Shown here piece by piece: positions 42,027 to 51,171 of a DNA stretch of 64,000 nucleotides. The stretch spans positions 20,978 through 84,977 of the forward strand of contig JAISKV010000001.1 in assembly GCA_031260805.1 (NCBI GenBank), written 5' to 3'. Each line of letters starts with the position of its first letter. The first letter of the stretch is position 1. The notes below the pieces were generated by a model. The model worked only from the letters and a program-made list of their open reading frames with translations, was not told the DNA's origin and ran no database searches. Origin of the DNA: Rickettsiales bacterium (GTDB lineage Bacteria > Pseudomonadota > Alphaproteobacteria > Rs-D84). The translations under genes and the position numbers were made by a program.

Positions 42027-42572
42027 ATGCAGAGCAGATTGCGAGATTTTTACGAAAAGACCATAGTTCCCGAATTAAAAAAGGAATTCAGTCTGACAAA
42101 CAGCCTGGCGGTTCCGCGCATTACGAAAATCGTGCTGAACATGGGCGTGGGTGAAGCGGCGGCGGACAAAAAGAAACTGGACAACGCGGCGGCGGATCTG
42201 ACACTGATTGCGGCGCAGAAGCCTGTTATCACCAAGGCGAAAAAGTCAATCGCGACATACCGCCTGCGCGAAGGCCAGGCCATCGGGACCAAGGTCACCC
42301 TGCGCGGAAAGCGCATGTATGATTTCTTGGACAAACTGATTACAATCGCATTGCCGCGGATAAAAGACTTTCAGGGATTGTCCAAGTCCAAATTTGACGG
42401 GCGCGGAAACTATGCCTTTGGAATCAAGGAACATTTGATATTCCCGGAAATTTCCGTTGAAAAAATAGAATCTATCCGCGGAATGGATATCGTTATCGCG
42501 ACCACCGCCGAAACAGATGACCAAGGGCGCGCATTGCTGACCAGAATCGGCCTGCCGCTGGTGTTGAAATAA
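42027..42572 (+). CDS. rplE: 50S ribosomal protein L5
   Basis: L5 conserved core ([13 protein letters not shown]...); start trimmed to [10 protein letters not shown]. Confidence 0.95.
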   Translation: MQSRLRDFYEKTIVPELKKEFSLTNSLAVPRITKIVLNMGVGEAAADKKKLDNAAADLTLIAAQKPVITKAKKSIATYRLREGQAIGTKVTLRGKRMYDFLDKLITIALPRIKDFQGLSKSKFDGRGNYAFGIKEHLIFPEISVEKIESIRGMDIVIATTAETDDQGRALLTRIGLPLVLK

Positions 42573-42596
42573 AATTTGCGGCGCAAATTTTATCAA

Positions 42597-42686
42597 GATA
42601 AAAGATAAAAATGAAAAGATAAAAATTATTGCAGAAATTATTATCTTTTATCTCTTAATTTTTATCTTAAACGAACGAAGTGAGTG
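42597..42686. repeat. intergenic repeat family A, copy 4 (rplE-rpsN spacer)
   Basis: Near-identical to copies 1-2; preceded by terminator-like AAAATTTGCGGCGCAAATTTT; 3' module ends 4 nt before rpsN ATG. Confidence 0.9.
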
Positions 42687-42690
42687 AAAA

Positions 42691-42993
42691 ATGGCAAAGA
42701 AAGCATTAAGATTAAAACAGGACAAGCGGATCAAGATGGTTGCGCGCTTTACTAAAAAGCACGACGCTATCAAAGATAAAATGTCCATAACCGCGACGCC
42801 CGAAGAACGGATGGACGCAATGAAAAAATTGGCGAAACTGCCGCGCAACGCGAACAAGACGCGCCTGCACAACCGCTGCGCCATCACTGGCCGGTCGCGC
42901 GGATTCTTCCGCCTGTTCGGACTGTGCCGCCAACAGGTTCGCACGCTGGCGTCCGAAGGAAAACTGCCGGGCGTCCGCAAATCGTCATGGTAA
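42691..42993 (+). CDS. rpsN: 30S ribosomal protein S14 (long, non-zinc type)
   Basis: 101 aa, RCAITGRSRGFFRLFGLCRQ C-terminal S14 block, no CxxC pair. Confidence 0.95.
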   Translation: MAKKALRLKQDKRIKMVARFTKKHDAIKDKMSITATPEERMDAMKKLAKLPRNANKTRLHNRCAITGRSRGFFRLFGLCRQQVRTLASEGKLPGVRKSSW

Positions 42994-43177
42994 TTTTTGC
43001 GCCGCGCGCAAAAATTAATGAATAATTAAAAATGAACAATGAATAATTGTTCAGCAAGCAAAAGGTGAAGAAAGAATAAAAAATAATAAATAATATTGCT
43101 GCGAGCAAAGCGAGCCAAACATTATTCATTATTCACTATTCATTATTCACTATTTGCGACTGCAAGGAGCAAATGAA
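42994..43177. repeat. intergenic repeat family B, copy 2 (rpsN-rpsH spacer)
   Basis: Near-identical to 31510-31685, including internal GTTCAGCAAGCAAAAGGTGAAGAAAGAATAAAAAATAATAAATAATATTGCTGCGAGCAAAGCGAGC core. Confidence 0.85.
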
Positions 43178-43579
43178 ATGAGTTTATCATATCCGATCGG
43201 GGACTTGTTGGCAAGAATTCGCAACGGGCAGCGCGCGTATAAGCCTTCTGTCCGCGCGCCGTACAGCAAACTGGCTGCCAATGTGCTGGATGTCATGAAG
43301 GCCGAAGGCTTTATCACGGACTTTCGCAAAGAAGATCTGGGCGACAACAAGTTTGATGTCATCGTTGACTTGAAATATGTCGCGGGCGGCGAAGGCGCGA
43401 TTCAGGAATTGTCGCTGGTATCCAAACCGGGCCGCCGCGTTTATTCCAATGTCGCCAAGATGCCGCGCGTCATGAACGGGCTGGGCGTGCTGATTGTTTC
43501 AACGCCGGGCGGAATTATGACTGATCACCAGGCGCGCATGCAGAACATCGGCGGCGAAGTGATTTGCAAAATAGTTTGA
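43178..43579 (+). CDS. rpsH: 30S ribosomal protein S8
   Basis: DLLARIRNGQRA N-terminal block, S8 core; start trimmed to MSLSYP. Confidence 0.95.
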   Translation: MSLSYPIGDLLARIRNGQRAYKPSVRAPYSKLAANVLDVMKAEGFITDFRKEDLGDNKFDVIVDLKYVAGGEGAIQELSLVSKPGRRVYSNVAKMPRVMNGLGVLIVSTPGGIMTDHQARMQNIGGEVICKIV

Positions 43580-43640
43580 TAAAATTAAGAATTAAGAAAT
43601 AAGAATTAATAATTCTTTTACGAACGAAGTGAGTGAAATT

Positions 43641-44201
43641 ATGAGCAGAGCGGGAAAATATCCAGTAGAAATCAAAAACGGCGTCAATGTCGCCATTGTC
43701 GGGTCCGACATTGTTGTCCGGGGGCCGCGCGGCGAATTGAAACTGCGCAATGACACGAAAAATGCCGGCTTGGTTGATGTCAAGATTGAAGGCGCGGCGG
43801 TTGTCGTCATTCCGAAAGACGCGGAAGACAAAGCATCGCGCGCGATGTGGGGAACAATGGCTCGCAACATCAAACAGATGGTTGTCGGCGTCACAGACGG
43901 CTGGTCCAAAGATATTTGCATGAAGGGCGTCGGGTACAAGGCGAATGTGCGCGGTTCCGACCTGGTGCTGACAGCAGGATACTCGCATGATGTCGTCATG
44001 CCGATTCCGGCCGGATTGTCTGTTGAAATCGGCGCGACTGAAAACGGCATTGTGAACTTTGCAGTTCGTGGGACTGACAAAAACGCGGTCGGACAGTTCA
44101 GCGACAAAATCTGCAAGGTGCGTCCGGTTGAACCTTACAAGGCCAAGGGCATTTATTACAAGGGTCAAAAGATTATCCGCAAAGAAGGAAAAAAGAAATA
44201 A
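43641..44201 (+). CDS. rplF: 50S ribosomal protein L6
   Basis: MSRAGKYPVEI...two-domain L6; start trimmed. Confidence 0.95.
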   Translation: MSRAGKYPVEIKNGVNVAIVGSDIVVRGPRGELKLRNDTKNAGLVDVKIEGAAVVVIPKDAEDKASRAMWGTMARNIKQMVVGVTDGWSKDICMKGVGYKANVRGSDLVLTAGYSHDVVMPIPAGLSVEIGATENGIVNFAVRGTDKNAVGQFSDKICKVRPVEPYKAKGIYYKGQKIIRKEGKKK

Positions 44202-44398
44202 TGTTTGATGTTCGGACTTTATGCATGGCATTGGGTTATGGAACCGGTATTGCGGGCGCGGCTGTCATATTTGTGTCGGCTTTTGCATCCAAGGCAAAAA
44301 GCGATGCCATGAACGCGGAACAGTTTAACGAATTGATGGAAATAAACAAGCGGGCGTTGGAATGTTTTGACAATGCCAAGAGAATAGAAGTAAAATAA
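44201..44398 (+). CDS. small hypothetical membrane-associated protein (65 aa) inserted between rplF and rplR
   Basis: ATG overlaps rplF stop (TAATG coupling arrangement); one hydrophobic helix then charged helical tail. Confidence 0.4.
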   Translation: MFDVRTLCMALGYGTGIAGAAVIFVSAFASKAKSDAMNAEQFNELMEINKRALECFDNAKRIEVK

Positions 44399-44458
44399 AC
44401 GGCGAAATTAAATAAAAAACCTGCCGTCCGCTGATACGGACAAACAAAGGATTGAAAA

Positions 44459-44812
44459 ATGTTGAAAAAGTTAGATACAAACGAACGCCGCGTGATGTCT
44501 GTCCGCAGCGCGCTGAAAAAGAAAAATCCCGGAAAAATCCGCCTTTCGGTTTTCCGCAGCGTCCGCCATATTGAAATCCAGGCGATTGATGATGTCAACG
44601 GCCGCACGCTGGCCTTTGCATCCAGCAAGGAAAAAGATTTCAAGGGCAACGGCTGGAATGTCGCCGGGGCGACCGCGGTTGGCAAAATATTTGCCGAACG
44701 CGCCAAGCAGGCAAAACTGGACGCGGTTTATTTTGACCGCGGCGGATACCGCTATCACGGCCGGGTCCGGGCGTTGGCGGACGCGATGCGCGCCGGTGGG
44801 GTCAAGATTTAA
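44459..44812 (+). CDS. rplR: 50S ribosomal protein L18
   Basis: RLSVFRS...HIEIQAIDD...YFDRGGYRYHGRV conserved L18. Confidence 0.95.
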   Translation: MLKKLDTNERRVMSVRSALKKKNPGKIRLSVFRSVRHIEIQAIDDVNGRTLAFASSKEKDFKGNGWNVAGATAVGKIFAERAKQAKLDAVYFDRGGYRYHGRVRALADAMRAGGVKI

Positions 44813-44835
44813 TTTCCGCGCCGCGGAAATTAAAT

Positions 44836-44908
44836 CAGTTATTAGTTATTAATTATTATACTTTTGCGCGCAATGATGTAATAATTAATAACTGATAATT
44901 TATAACTA
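44836..44908. repeat. palindromic hairpin of CAGTTATTAGTTATTAATTATTA words
   Basis: Arms CAGTTATTAGTTATTAATTATTATAC and GTAATAATTAATAACTGATAATTTATAACTA. Preceded by small hairpin AATTTCCGCGCCGCGGAAATT after rplR. Confidence 0.8.
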
Positions 44909-44930
44909 AAAAATACGGAGTATTTTTATA

Positions 44931-45488
44931 ATGGCAAGATATGAAGATAAAAAAAACCAGCAGCCGATTGACAACTTGACGGACAAGTTGGTGTCAATCA
45001 ACCGCGTGTCCAAGGCGGTCAAGGGCGGGGACAGCATGTCGTTTTCCGCGCTGGTTGTCGTCGGGGACAAGGCTGGAAAAATCGGATTCGGCAAGGGCAA
45101 GGCGCGCGAAGTGCAAAGCGCGGTGCAAAAGGCGACCAAGGCGGCCAAGGCAAAAATGATCCGCGTTCCGCTGAAAGAAGGCCGCACGCTGCATCATGAC
45201 ATTGAATCCAAGTACGGCGCGGGCAAACTGGTGATTCGCAGCGCGGCTCCGGGTACCGGCGTTATCGCGGGCGGCGCGCTGCGCGCGGTCTTTGAGTGCC
45301 TGGGCATCCAGGATGTCGTCGCAAAATCCCAGGGCAGCAACAATCCTAATAACATGGTTCGCGCGGCATTTACGGCTTTTGCAAAAATCAATTCGCCAAA
45401 GAGCGTCGCGGCGCGCCGCGGCAAGCAGGTTGCTGAAATCATCGCGGCCCGCGATGGCAAAAAAGTAGCAGAGAGCGAGGCTGAATAA
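44931..45488 (+). CDS. rpsE: 30S ribosomal protein S5
   Basis: S5 dsRBD and C-terminal domain blocks ([20 protein letters not shown]). Confidence 0.95.
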   Translation: MARYEDKKNQQPIDNLTDKLVSINRVSKAVKGGDSMSFSALVVVGDKAGKIGFGKGKAREVQSAVQKATKAAKAKMIRVPLKEGRTLHHDIESKYGAGKLVIRSAAPGTGVIAGGALRAVFECLGIQDVVAKSQGSNNPNNMVRAAFTAFAKINSPKSVAARRGKQVAEIIAARDGKKVAESEAE

Positions 45489-45490
45489 AA

Positions 45491-45664
45491 ATGGCAAAAA
45501 TAACAGTAAAACAAATTAAAAGTTCAATCGGTCGTCCGGAAACTCAGCGTAAGACGCTGATATCCCTGGGGTTGGGCCGTATTGGCAAAACCAAAGAACT
45601 GGAAGACAGCCCGATTATTCACGGGCAGATCGCCAAGGTTGCGCATTTGATAGAAGTAAAGTAA
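45491..45664 (+). CDS. rpmD: 50S ribosomal protein L30
   Basis: 57-aa [60 protein letters not shown] between rpsE and rplO. Not in ORF track (<60 aa). Confidence 0.85.
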   Translation: MAKITVKQIKSSIGRPETQRKTLISLGLGRIGKTKELEDSPIIHGQIAKVAHLIEVK

Positions 45665-45675
45665 ATTTAAGGAAC

Positions 45676-46140
45676 TTGACAATGAAACTGAATGAAATAA
45701 AAGATAATTTGGGCGCGACGCACAGCATCAAGCGCGTTGGACGCGGATTGGGCAGCGGAACCGGAAAAACGGCCGGCCGCGGAAACAAGGGGCAAAAGGC
45801 GCGCGCCGGGTCGCGCAAGCAGGCGACTTTCCAAGGTGGCCAGATGCCGATTTTGCGTCGTTTTCCAAAGTTCGGATTCAACAATCCTTTTGCGAAAAAT
45901 TACGCGACGATAAATCTGGGTGATATTCAGAAATTTATTGAATCCGGGAAAATTGACGCAAAACAGGAAATTTCACTGGAATCGCTGATGGCTGCGAAAA
46001 TTCTGAACCGCGCGCAGTCGGGCTTGAAAATTCTGGCCAAGGGCGAATTGAAGTCCGCGGTGCAGATTGTCGCTGCAAAATGGTCTGCGGCGGCCCAGGC
46101 GGCGGTTGAAAAATCAAATGGAAAAATCACAAAAGCATAA
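45676..46140 (+). CDS. rplO: 50S ribosomal protein L15
   Basis: Gly/Arg-rich N-terminus [23 protein letters not shown]15 core. Confidence 0.95.
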   Translation: MTMKLNEIKDNLGATHSIKRVGRGLGSGTGKTAGRGNKGQKARAGSRKQATFQGGQMPILRRFPKFGFNNPFAKNYATINLGDIQKFIESGKIDAKQEISLESLMAAKILNRAQSGLKILAKGELKSAVQIVAAKWSAAAQAAVEKSNGKITKA

Positions 46141-46161
46141 ACGAAAAAAAAGGAGAGTGGG

Positions 46162-46380
46162 ATGACAAAGCAACAAAACAACTTGTTGATAAAAATTCTG
46201 GTGTCGCTGGCGATATTTCTGATTTGCTTTTTCAGCATTGATGTTATCGTTCGTCTGTTCAGTTATTTCTTGGTCAAGGTATTGTTTGCCGCATTGATAA
46301 CTTACGCGATTGTGCAGATTGCGGACAAATTGGGACTGCCGGGATTTGCCGCGGCGCCGAAAACAGGAAAAAAGAAGTGA
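46162..46380 (+). CDS. small hypothetical membrane protein (72 aa) inserted between rplO and secY
   Basis: Two predicted TM helices, Lys-rich C-terminus; occupies a position that is normally empty. Confidence 0.4.
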   Translation: MTKQQNNLLIKILVSLAIFLICFFSIDVIVRLFSYFLVKVLFAALITYAIVQIADKLGLPGFAAAPKTGKKK

Positions 46381-46444
46381 TAGAATGAATGTAAGACTTT
46401 ATGGTGTTTGCATGCAAACACCATAAAGTCTTGCATTTCATATT

Positions 46445-47773
46445 TTGCAAAAAATGAAACGAATAACTGCATTTTTCACGCATTTAACCGATTTGCAAAA
46501 GCGGATTTTGTTCACGCTGGGCGCGCTGATTATTTATCGCATCGGATCGTTTATTCCATTGCCGGGCGTCAATGCATCGGCTGTTCTGCACTTGTTCCAA
46601 GGGGAAGGCAGCGGAATGATGGGAATGTTTGACATGTTCAGCGGCGGATCATTGTCGCGCATGTCCGTTCTGGCGCTGAATATTTTCCCGTATATTTCGG
46701 CATCAATCGTGATTCAGTTGTTGTCCGCGACATCCAAGCAATTGGGCGAACTGCGCAAAGAAGGCGAATCAGGCCGCATTAAAATCAACCAGTACACGCG
46801 GTATCTGGCGGTGCTGCTGGCGGTTATCCAGGGCTGGGCGATTGCGCGCGGATTGGAAGCGATGGCGCCTGTGAATGGCGTGCCGGCTGTAATGAATCCG
46901 GGCCTGATGTTCGAGTTGTCTTCGGTGGTGGCATTGGTCGGCGGCACTGTTTTTGTCATGTGGCTGGCGGAACAGATAACCGCGCGCGGCATAGGCCAGG
47001 GCGCGTCGCTGTTAATTTTCGCCGGAATTGTTGCCGATATTCCGTCAGGGATTGGAAAATTGTTAAGTTTGGGCGGCGTCGGTCAAATCAGTCCTGCAAT
47101 GATCGCATTGGTCGTTGCGTTTGTCGCCGGGATAATCGCGCTGATTGCTTTTATGGAGCAGGCGCAGCGCAGAATTCAGATTTTGTATCCGCGTCAGGTT
47201 ATGGCGAACGGGGTTCAGAACAATCAGTCTTCATATCTGCCGATCAAGGTTAACATGTCCGGGGTTATGGGGCCTGTGTTCGCTTCCAGCATCATGATGC
47301 TGCCGGCGTTCATAGGGCGCTTTGCGCAGAGCGACGCGATGTGGTTCCAGCAGGTTATGGGATTTTTCACATACGGCACTTGGACATACATGGCGCTGTA
47401 CGCGCTGCTGATCGCGTTCTTTGCATACTTTCAGACGGCGATAGTGTTCAATTCCGAAGACACTTCGACCAACTTGAAAAACATGGGCGGGTATGTGCCT
47501 GGGGTTCGTCCAGGGGAACAGACGATGAAGTTCCTGGACGACATTGTTTCGCGCACAACGGCGATCGGGGTTTTGTATCTGATTGCGGTATGCGTGATAC
47601 CGATTATACTGAATACTCATCTGGGTATGCCGGTGGTTATCGGCGGCACCAGCGTGCTGATCGTTGCCGGGGTCGCGCTGGATACTTACAACCAAGTGCA
47701 GAGTTATTTGGTGGCGAACAAATACAATGCTGTGACCGGCGGCGGCAAGAAATCAACGGGCCGGTTCAGATAG
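46445..47773 (+). CDS. secY: preprotein translocase subunit SecY
   Basis: Ten-TM SecY pattern with conserved GIRPGEQT-like and C-terminal blocks; 442 aa. Confidence 0.95.
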   Translation: MQKMKRITAFFTHLTDLQKRILFTLGALIIYRIGSFIPLPGVNASAVLHLFQGEGSGMMGMFDMFSGGSLSRMSVLALNIFPYISASIVIQLLSATSKQLGELRKEGESGRIKINQYTRYLAVLLAVIQGWAIARGLEAMAPVNGVPAVMNPGLMFELSSVVALVGGTVFVMWLAEQITARGIGQGASLLIFAGIVADIPSGIGKLLSLGGVGQISPAMIALVVAFVAGIIALIAFMEQAQRRIQILYPRQVMANGVQNNQSSYLPIKVNMSGVMGPVFASSIMMLPAFIGRFAQSDAMWFQQVMGFFTYGTWTYMALYALLIAFFAYFQTAIVFNSEDTSTNLKNMGGYVPGVRPGEQTMKFLDDIVSRTTAIGVLYLIAVCVIPIILNTHLGMPVVIGGTSVLIVAGVALDTYNQVQSYLVANKYNAVTGGGKKSTGRFR

Positions 47774-47775
47774 AA

Positions 47776-47803
47776 TTGACTTTGTTGAAAAATTAGATAA
47801 AAT
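47776..47803 (+). promoter_or_regulatory. sigma70-like promoter upstream of rpsM (alpha operon)
   Basis: TTGACT -35, 16-nt spacer, TAAAAT -10 in the secY-rpsM spacer. Confidence 0.45.
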
Positions 47804-47831
47804 AGAAAAACAAAAATTAAGGAAAACAGAT

Positions 47832-48209
47832 ATGGCACGAATTGCAGGTGTGAATATTCCATCGGAAAAACGCGTTGAAATAGGACTGCGTTATATATAC
47901 GGCATTGGGCCGGCGCATTCCAAACAGATTGTCAGCGCGCTGAAAATCAAAGACGAAATGCGGGTCAAGGATTTGTCCGATGACGATATCGTCAAGATTT
48001 CCAATTATATAGAGGCGAACTTTCAGGTTGAAGGCGATGTCCGCCGCGATGTTCAGATGAACATCAAGCGGTTGCAGGATCTGAAAGCGTACCGCGGCAT
48101 TCGTCATCGCAACCGGCTGCCGGTGCGCGGCCAGCGGACCAAGACCAACGCGCGCACGCGCAAGGGCAAGCGCGTGGCGGTGGCCGGATCGGCGACCAAG
48201 GGAAAGTAA
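47832..48209 (+). CDS. rpsM: 30S ribosomal protein S13
   Basis: [11 protein letters not shown]-terminus; S13 core. Confidence 0.97.
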   Translation: MARIAGVNIPSEKRVEIGLRYIYGIGPAHSKQIVSALKIKDEMRVKDLSDDDIVKISNYIEANFQVEGDVRRDVQMNIKRLQDLKAYRGIRHRNRLPVRGQRTKTNARTRKGKRVAVAGSATKGK

Positions 48210-48257
48210 TTTTGGATTCACAAATCATGAATCGCAAATCATAAATAGGAAAAATAA

Positions 48258-48644
48258 ATGGCTATTGCAAAAAATACAAAAAAGAAAGTTGTTAAAAAAG
48301 TATCTCATGGGATTGCGCACATTCTGGCGACGATGAACAATACCAGAATCACGATAACCGATCAAAGTGGCGCGGTCCTGGCATGGGCCACATCCGGCGC
48401 GAACAACTTCAAGGGCGCGAAAAAATCAACGCCGTACGCCGCGACGATCGTCGCGGAGAGCGTTGCGAAAAAAGTCGCGGAAATGGGTATGAAGACAATT
48501 GATGTCCTGATGCGCGGAATCGGCGGCGGACGCGAATCCGCTGTCCGGGGCCTGGGCAATGCGGGGCTGATTGTTCAGTCAATAACGGACACGACGCGCG
48601 TTCCGCACAACGGATGCCGCCCAAAGAAAGTGCGCCGCGTATAA
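48258..48644 (+). CDS. rpsK: 30S ribosomal protein S11
   Basis: S11 conserved blocks (HILATMNNTRITITD, PHNGCRP). Confidence 0.95.
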   Translation: MAIAKNTKKKVVKKVSHGIAHILATMNNTRITITDQSGAVLAWATSGANNFKGAKKSTPYAATIVAESVAKKVAEMGMKTIDVLMRGIGGGRESAVRGLGNAGLIVQSITDTTRVPHNGCRPKKVRRV

Positions 48645-48754
48645 ATTCCCCTTCGCCGGGACCCACCCGCGAAAGGGGTGGCAGCGGCGTAGCCGCTGAC
48701 AGGGTGGTGGTTAATTTTGATGAAAATAATAAACTAAATCAAAAGGTTAAGCGA

Positions 48755-49786
48755 ATGATAGAAAAAAATTGGATGACATTGATCAAACCGAAAAAACTGA
48801 CTGTCAGGGCGGACGACGGCAATCCTAATATCGCGGTTTTGACGGCCGAGCCGCTGGAACGCGGATTCGGCATCACGCTTGGCACTGCATTGCGCCGCAT
48901 TCTGCTGTCTTCATTGCAGGGCTGCGCGCCGACGCATATCAAGATAGACGGCGTCCAGCATGAGTTTCAATCAGCGCCCGGAATCCGCGAAGATATTGTT
49001 GATATTATTCTGAATCTGAAAGGCGTGTACTTTCGCGCAAATACCGAAGGCACGCACAAGGCGCATCTGAAAGTCAAAGGCCCGGCGGTTGTCACATCCG
49101 GCATGATTGAAACCAGTTCGGCCGTTGATGTGTTGAACAAGGATGTTGAAATCTGTAATCTGGGGGACGGGGCGTCATTGGATATGGAAATCACGCTGGG
49201 AACAGGCCGCGGATATGTATCCGCTGATATTAATCGCGGTGAAAATACTCCATTGGGCACAATTCCGGTTGACTCAATTTATTCGCCGATATTGAATGCC
49301 GCATCTGTTGTAACGCCGGCGCGCGTCGGCCAGTCAACAGACTATGACAAACTGGAATTGACCGTTAAAACAAACGGCGCAATTTCACCAGAAGACGCGA
49401 TTGCGCTGGCCGCCAGAATTCTGACGGATCAATTGAATCTGTTTATTAATTTCGAGGATCCGACGCTCTCGGTGCTGCCGGAAGATGAAGAAAAAGAAAA
49501 AGAAGTCTTGCCGTTTGATCCGAAATTGTTAAAGCATGTTGATGAATTGGAATTGTCGGTCCGCGCGAATAATTGCTTGAAGAATGACCATATTAACTGG
49601 CTGGGCGAATTGGTCCAGAAAACGGAATCCGATATGCTGAAAACGCCTAACTTTGGACGGAAATCTCTAAACGAGATAAAGGCGCAGCTGGAAGCGATGG
49701 GATTCGGGCTGGGGATGGAAGTTCCAGGCTGGCCGCCAGAAAACATCTCGCAATTGGCAAAAAAGTACGAAAATCCGTATAAATAA
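48755..49786 (+). CDS. rpoA: DNA-directed RNA polymerase alpha subunit
   Basis: N-terminal dimerisation domain and C-terminal domain (ELSVRANNCLKN); start trimmed to MIEKNW. Confidence 0.95.
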   Translation: MIEKNWMTLIKPKKLTVRADDGNPNIAVLTAEPLERGFGITLGTALRRILLSSLQGCAPTHIKIDGVQHEFQSAPGIREDIVDIILNLKGVYFRANTEGTHKAHLKVKGPAVVTSGMIETSSAVDVLNKDVEICNLGDGASLDMEITLGTGRGYVSADINRGENTPLGTIPVDSIYSPILNAASVVTPARVGQSTDYDKLELTVKTNGAISPEDAIALAARILTDQLNLFINFEDPTLSVLPEDEEKEKEVLPFDPKLLKHVDELELSVRANNCLKNDHINWLGELVQKTESDMLKTPNFGRKSLNEIKAQLEAMGFGLGMEVPGWPPENISQLAKKYENPYK

Positions 49787-49877
49787 TTTATGATTAATAA
49801 TTTATGATTTCTGATTTAATTCAGGTCGTAAATAATGTTTAATCCCCGCGGGGGCTGAAACCAAAAAGGAAAATGCA

Positions 49878-50447
49878 ATGAGACATATGAAAGCAGGAAG
49901 AACGCTGAATCGTGATACGAACGCGCGCAAGGCGCTGTTTCGCGGGCTCTGCGTCAGTCTGATAGAGCACGAGCAGATAAAAACCACTCTGCCCAAGGCC
50001 AAGGATTTGCGCGGCATCGTTGAAAAATTAATCACGCGCGCAAAAGTTGACAATGTCGCGAACCGCCGTCTGGTTGCGTCCGAATTGGGCGATGCGCGCG
50101 AAGCGGTCAAGAAACTGTTTACTGTCTTGGGACCGCGGTATCTGGAACGCAAGGGCGGATACACCCGCGTGTTAAAGGCTGGTTTTCGCTATGGCGATGC
50201 CGCGCCGATGGCAATAATTGAATTGGTTGATCGCGACGAAGCCGCCAAGGGCAAAAAGCAGAAAGAGCAGGTTGCGGCCGTCAAGGGCCCGGCTGACGCC
50301 CCGGTTGCGGTCGCTGACAAGAAAGTTGTAAAGAAAGCGCCTGTGGTCAAAGCAGAAAAATTGGAAAAAGAAACAAAAGTCGCAACGCCGCGTGTAAAGT
50401 CAGAGAAATCCGCTCCGGCTGTCCGCCGCCGCGCCACCGGCAAGTAA
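49878..50447 (+). CDS. rplQ: 50S ribosomal protein L17 with Lys/Ala-rich C-terminal extension
   Basis: [13 protein letters not shown]...L17 core (~120 aa) followed by ~70-aa KAPV-rich tail. Confidence 0.9.
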   Translation: MRHMKAGRTLNRDTNARKALFRGLCVSLIEHEQIKTTLPKAKDLRGIVEKLITRAKVDNVANRRLVASELGDAREAVKKLFTVLGPRYLERKGGYTRVLKAGFRYGDAAPMAIIELVDRDEAAKGKKQKEQVAAVKGPADAPVAVADKKVVKKAPVVKAEKLEKETKVATPRVKSEKSAPAVRRRATGK

Positions 50448-50471
50448 AAATCCAAAAGGAAGGAAAATAAA

Positions 50472-51113
50472 ATGAAGCAAACACCAGCAAACTATAAAAA
50501 AATTGGAATCATCGCGGCGGCCGTCGTCGTCGTGGCGGGATTGGGTGCATGGGGCATTTCCGCGCTGCGCGGACCCGCGTCAGTGGATCGCGCGATTTCG
50601 GATGTGTCTTCCGACGCTGTTACCGGCGCGGATCTGCGCATCGCGGTTGTCCGCATGGATATGATTCAGACAGATGCCAAGGTTCTGAAATCGCTGGCCG
50701 CGCAGAAAGAATCCATGGAAAAGAAATTGAAATCCGAATTGGAAGCCGAACAGAAAGCACTGGAAAAAGAAAAGAAAGAAATTGAAAAATCCCAAGATGT
50801 GTTGAGCCAGGAAGCCCTGCAACGGCGCGTGGTTGATTTCCAAAACCGTGTTGCGAAATTGCAGCGTGATGTGACGACCAAGGCCCAGGCCGCGGATGCC
50901 GCGTACCAGGCTGCTTTGGCGAAAATCCAAAAAGATGATCTGGATCCTATTATCGCGGGCATCATCGCGAAAAAGAATTTGTCAGTGGTCTTGGACGGCC
51001 GCATGGCGCGCGTGAATGAAAATATCGCGAACTTTGACATTACCAAGGATGTTATTCGCGCACTGGATATCCGGCGCAGCGATGCAAAGTTGGAAAAACC
51101 CAAAGGGTTCTAA
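50472..51113 (+). CDS. skp: periplasmic chaperone Skp (OmpH family)
   Basis: Signal anchor then long coiled-coil OmpH-like region (KEKKEIEKSQDVLSQEALQRR...). Confidence 0.7.
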   Translation: MKQTPANYKKIGIIAAAVVVVAGLGAWGISALRGPASVDRAISDVSSDAVTGADLRIAVVRMDMIQTDAKVLKSLAAQKESMEKKLKSELEAEQKALEKEKKEIEKSQDVLSQEALQRRVVDFQNRVAKLQRDVTTKAQAADAAYQAALAKIQKDDLDPIIAGIIAKKNLSVVLDGRMARVNENIANFDITKDVIRALDIRRSDAKLEKPKGF

Positions 51114-51143
51114 AAAAAATGCGCCGTAGGCGCATTTTTTTTA
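51113..51143 (+). terminator. rho-independent terminator after skp
   Basis: AAAAAAAATGCGCCGTAGGCGCATTTTTTTT. Confidence 0.75.
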
Positions 51144-51171
51144 GGTTTTAGGTTTAAGGTGAGAAGTATAA

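Noticed and set aside
46714-47695. Long antisense ORFs within secY, fusA, lepA, dacC, the giant fibre gene and others (e.g. 47231-47695 minus, 32711-33265 minus, 19073-20215 minus)
   Set aside because: They overlap well-supported genes on the opposite strand, lack start-site context, and show GC-skewed, low-complexity translations typical of spurious antisense frames.
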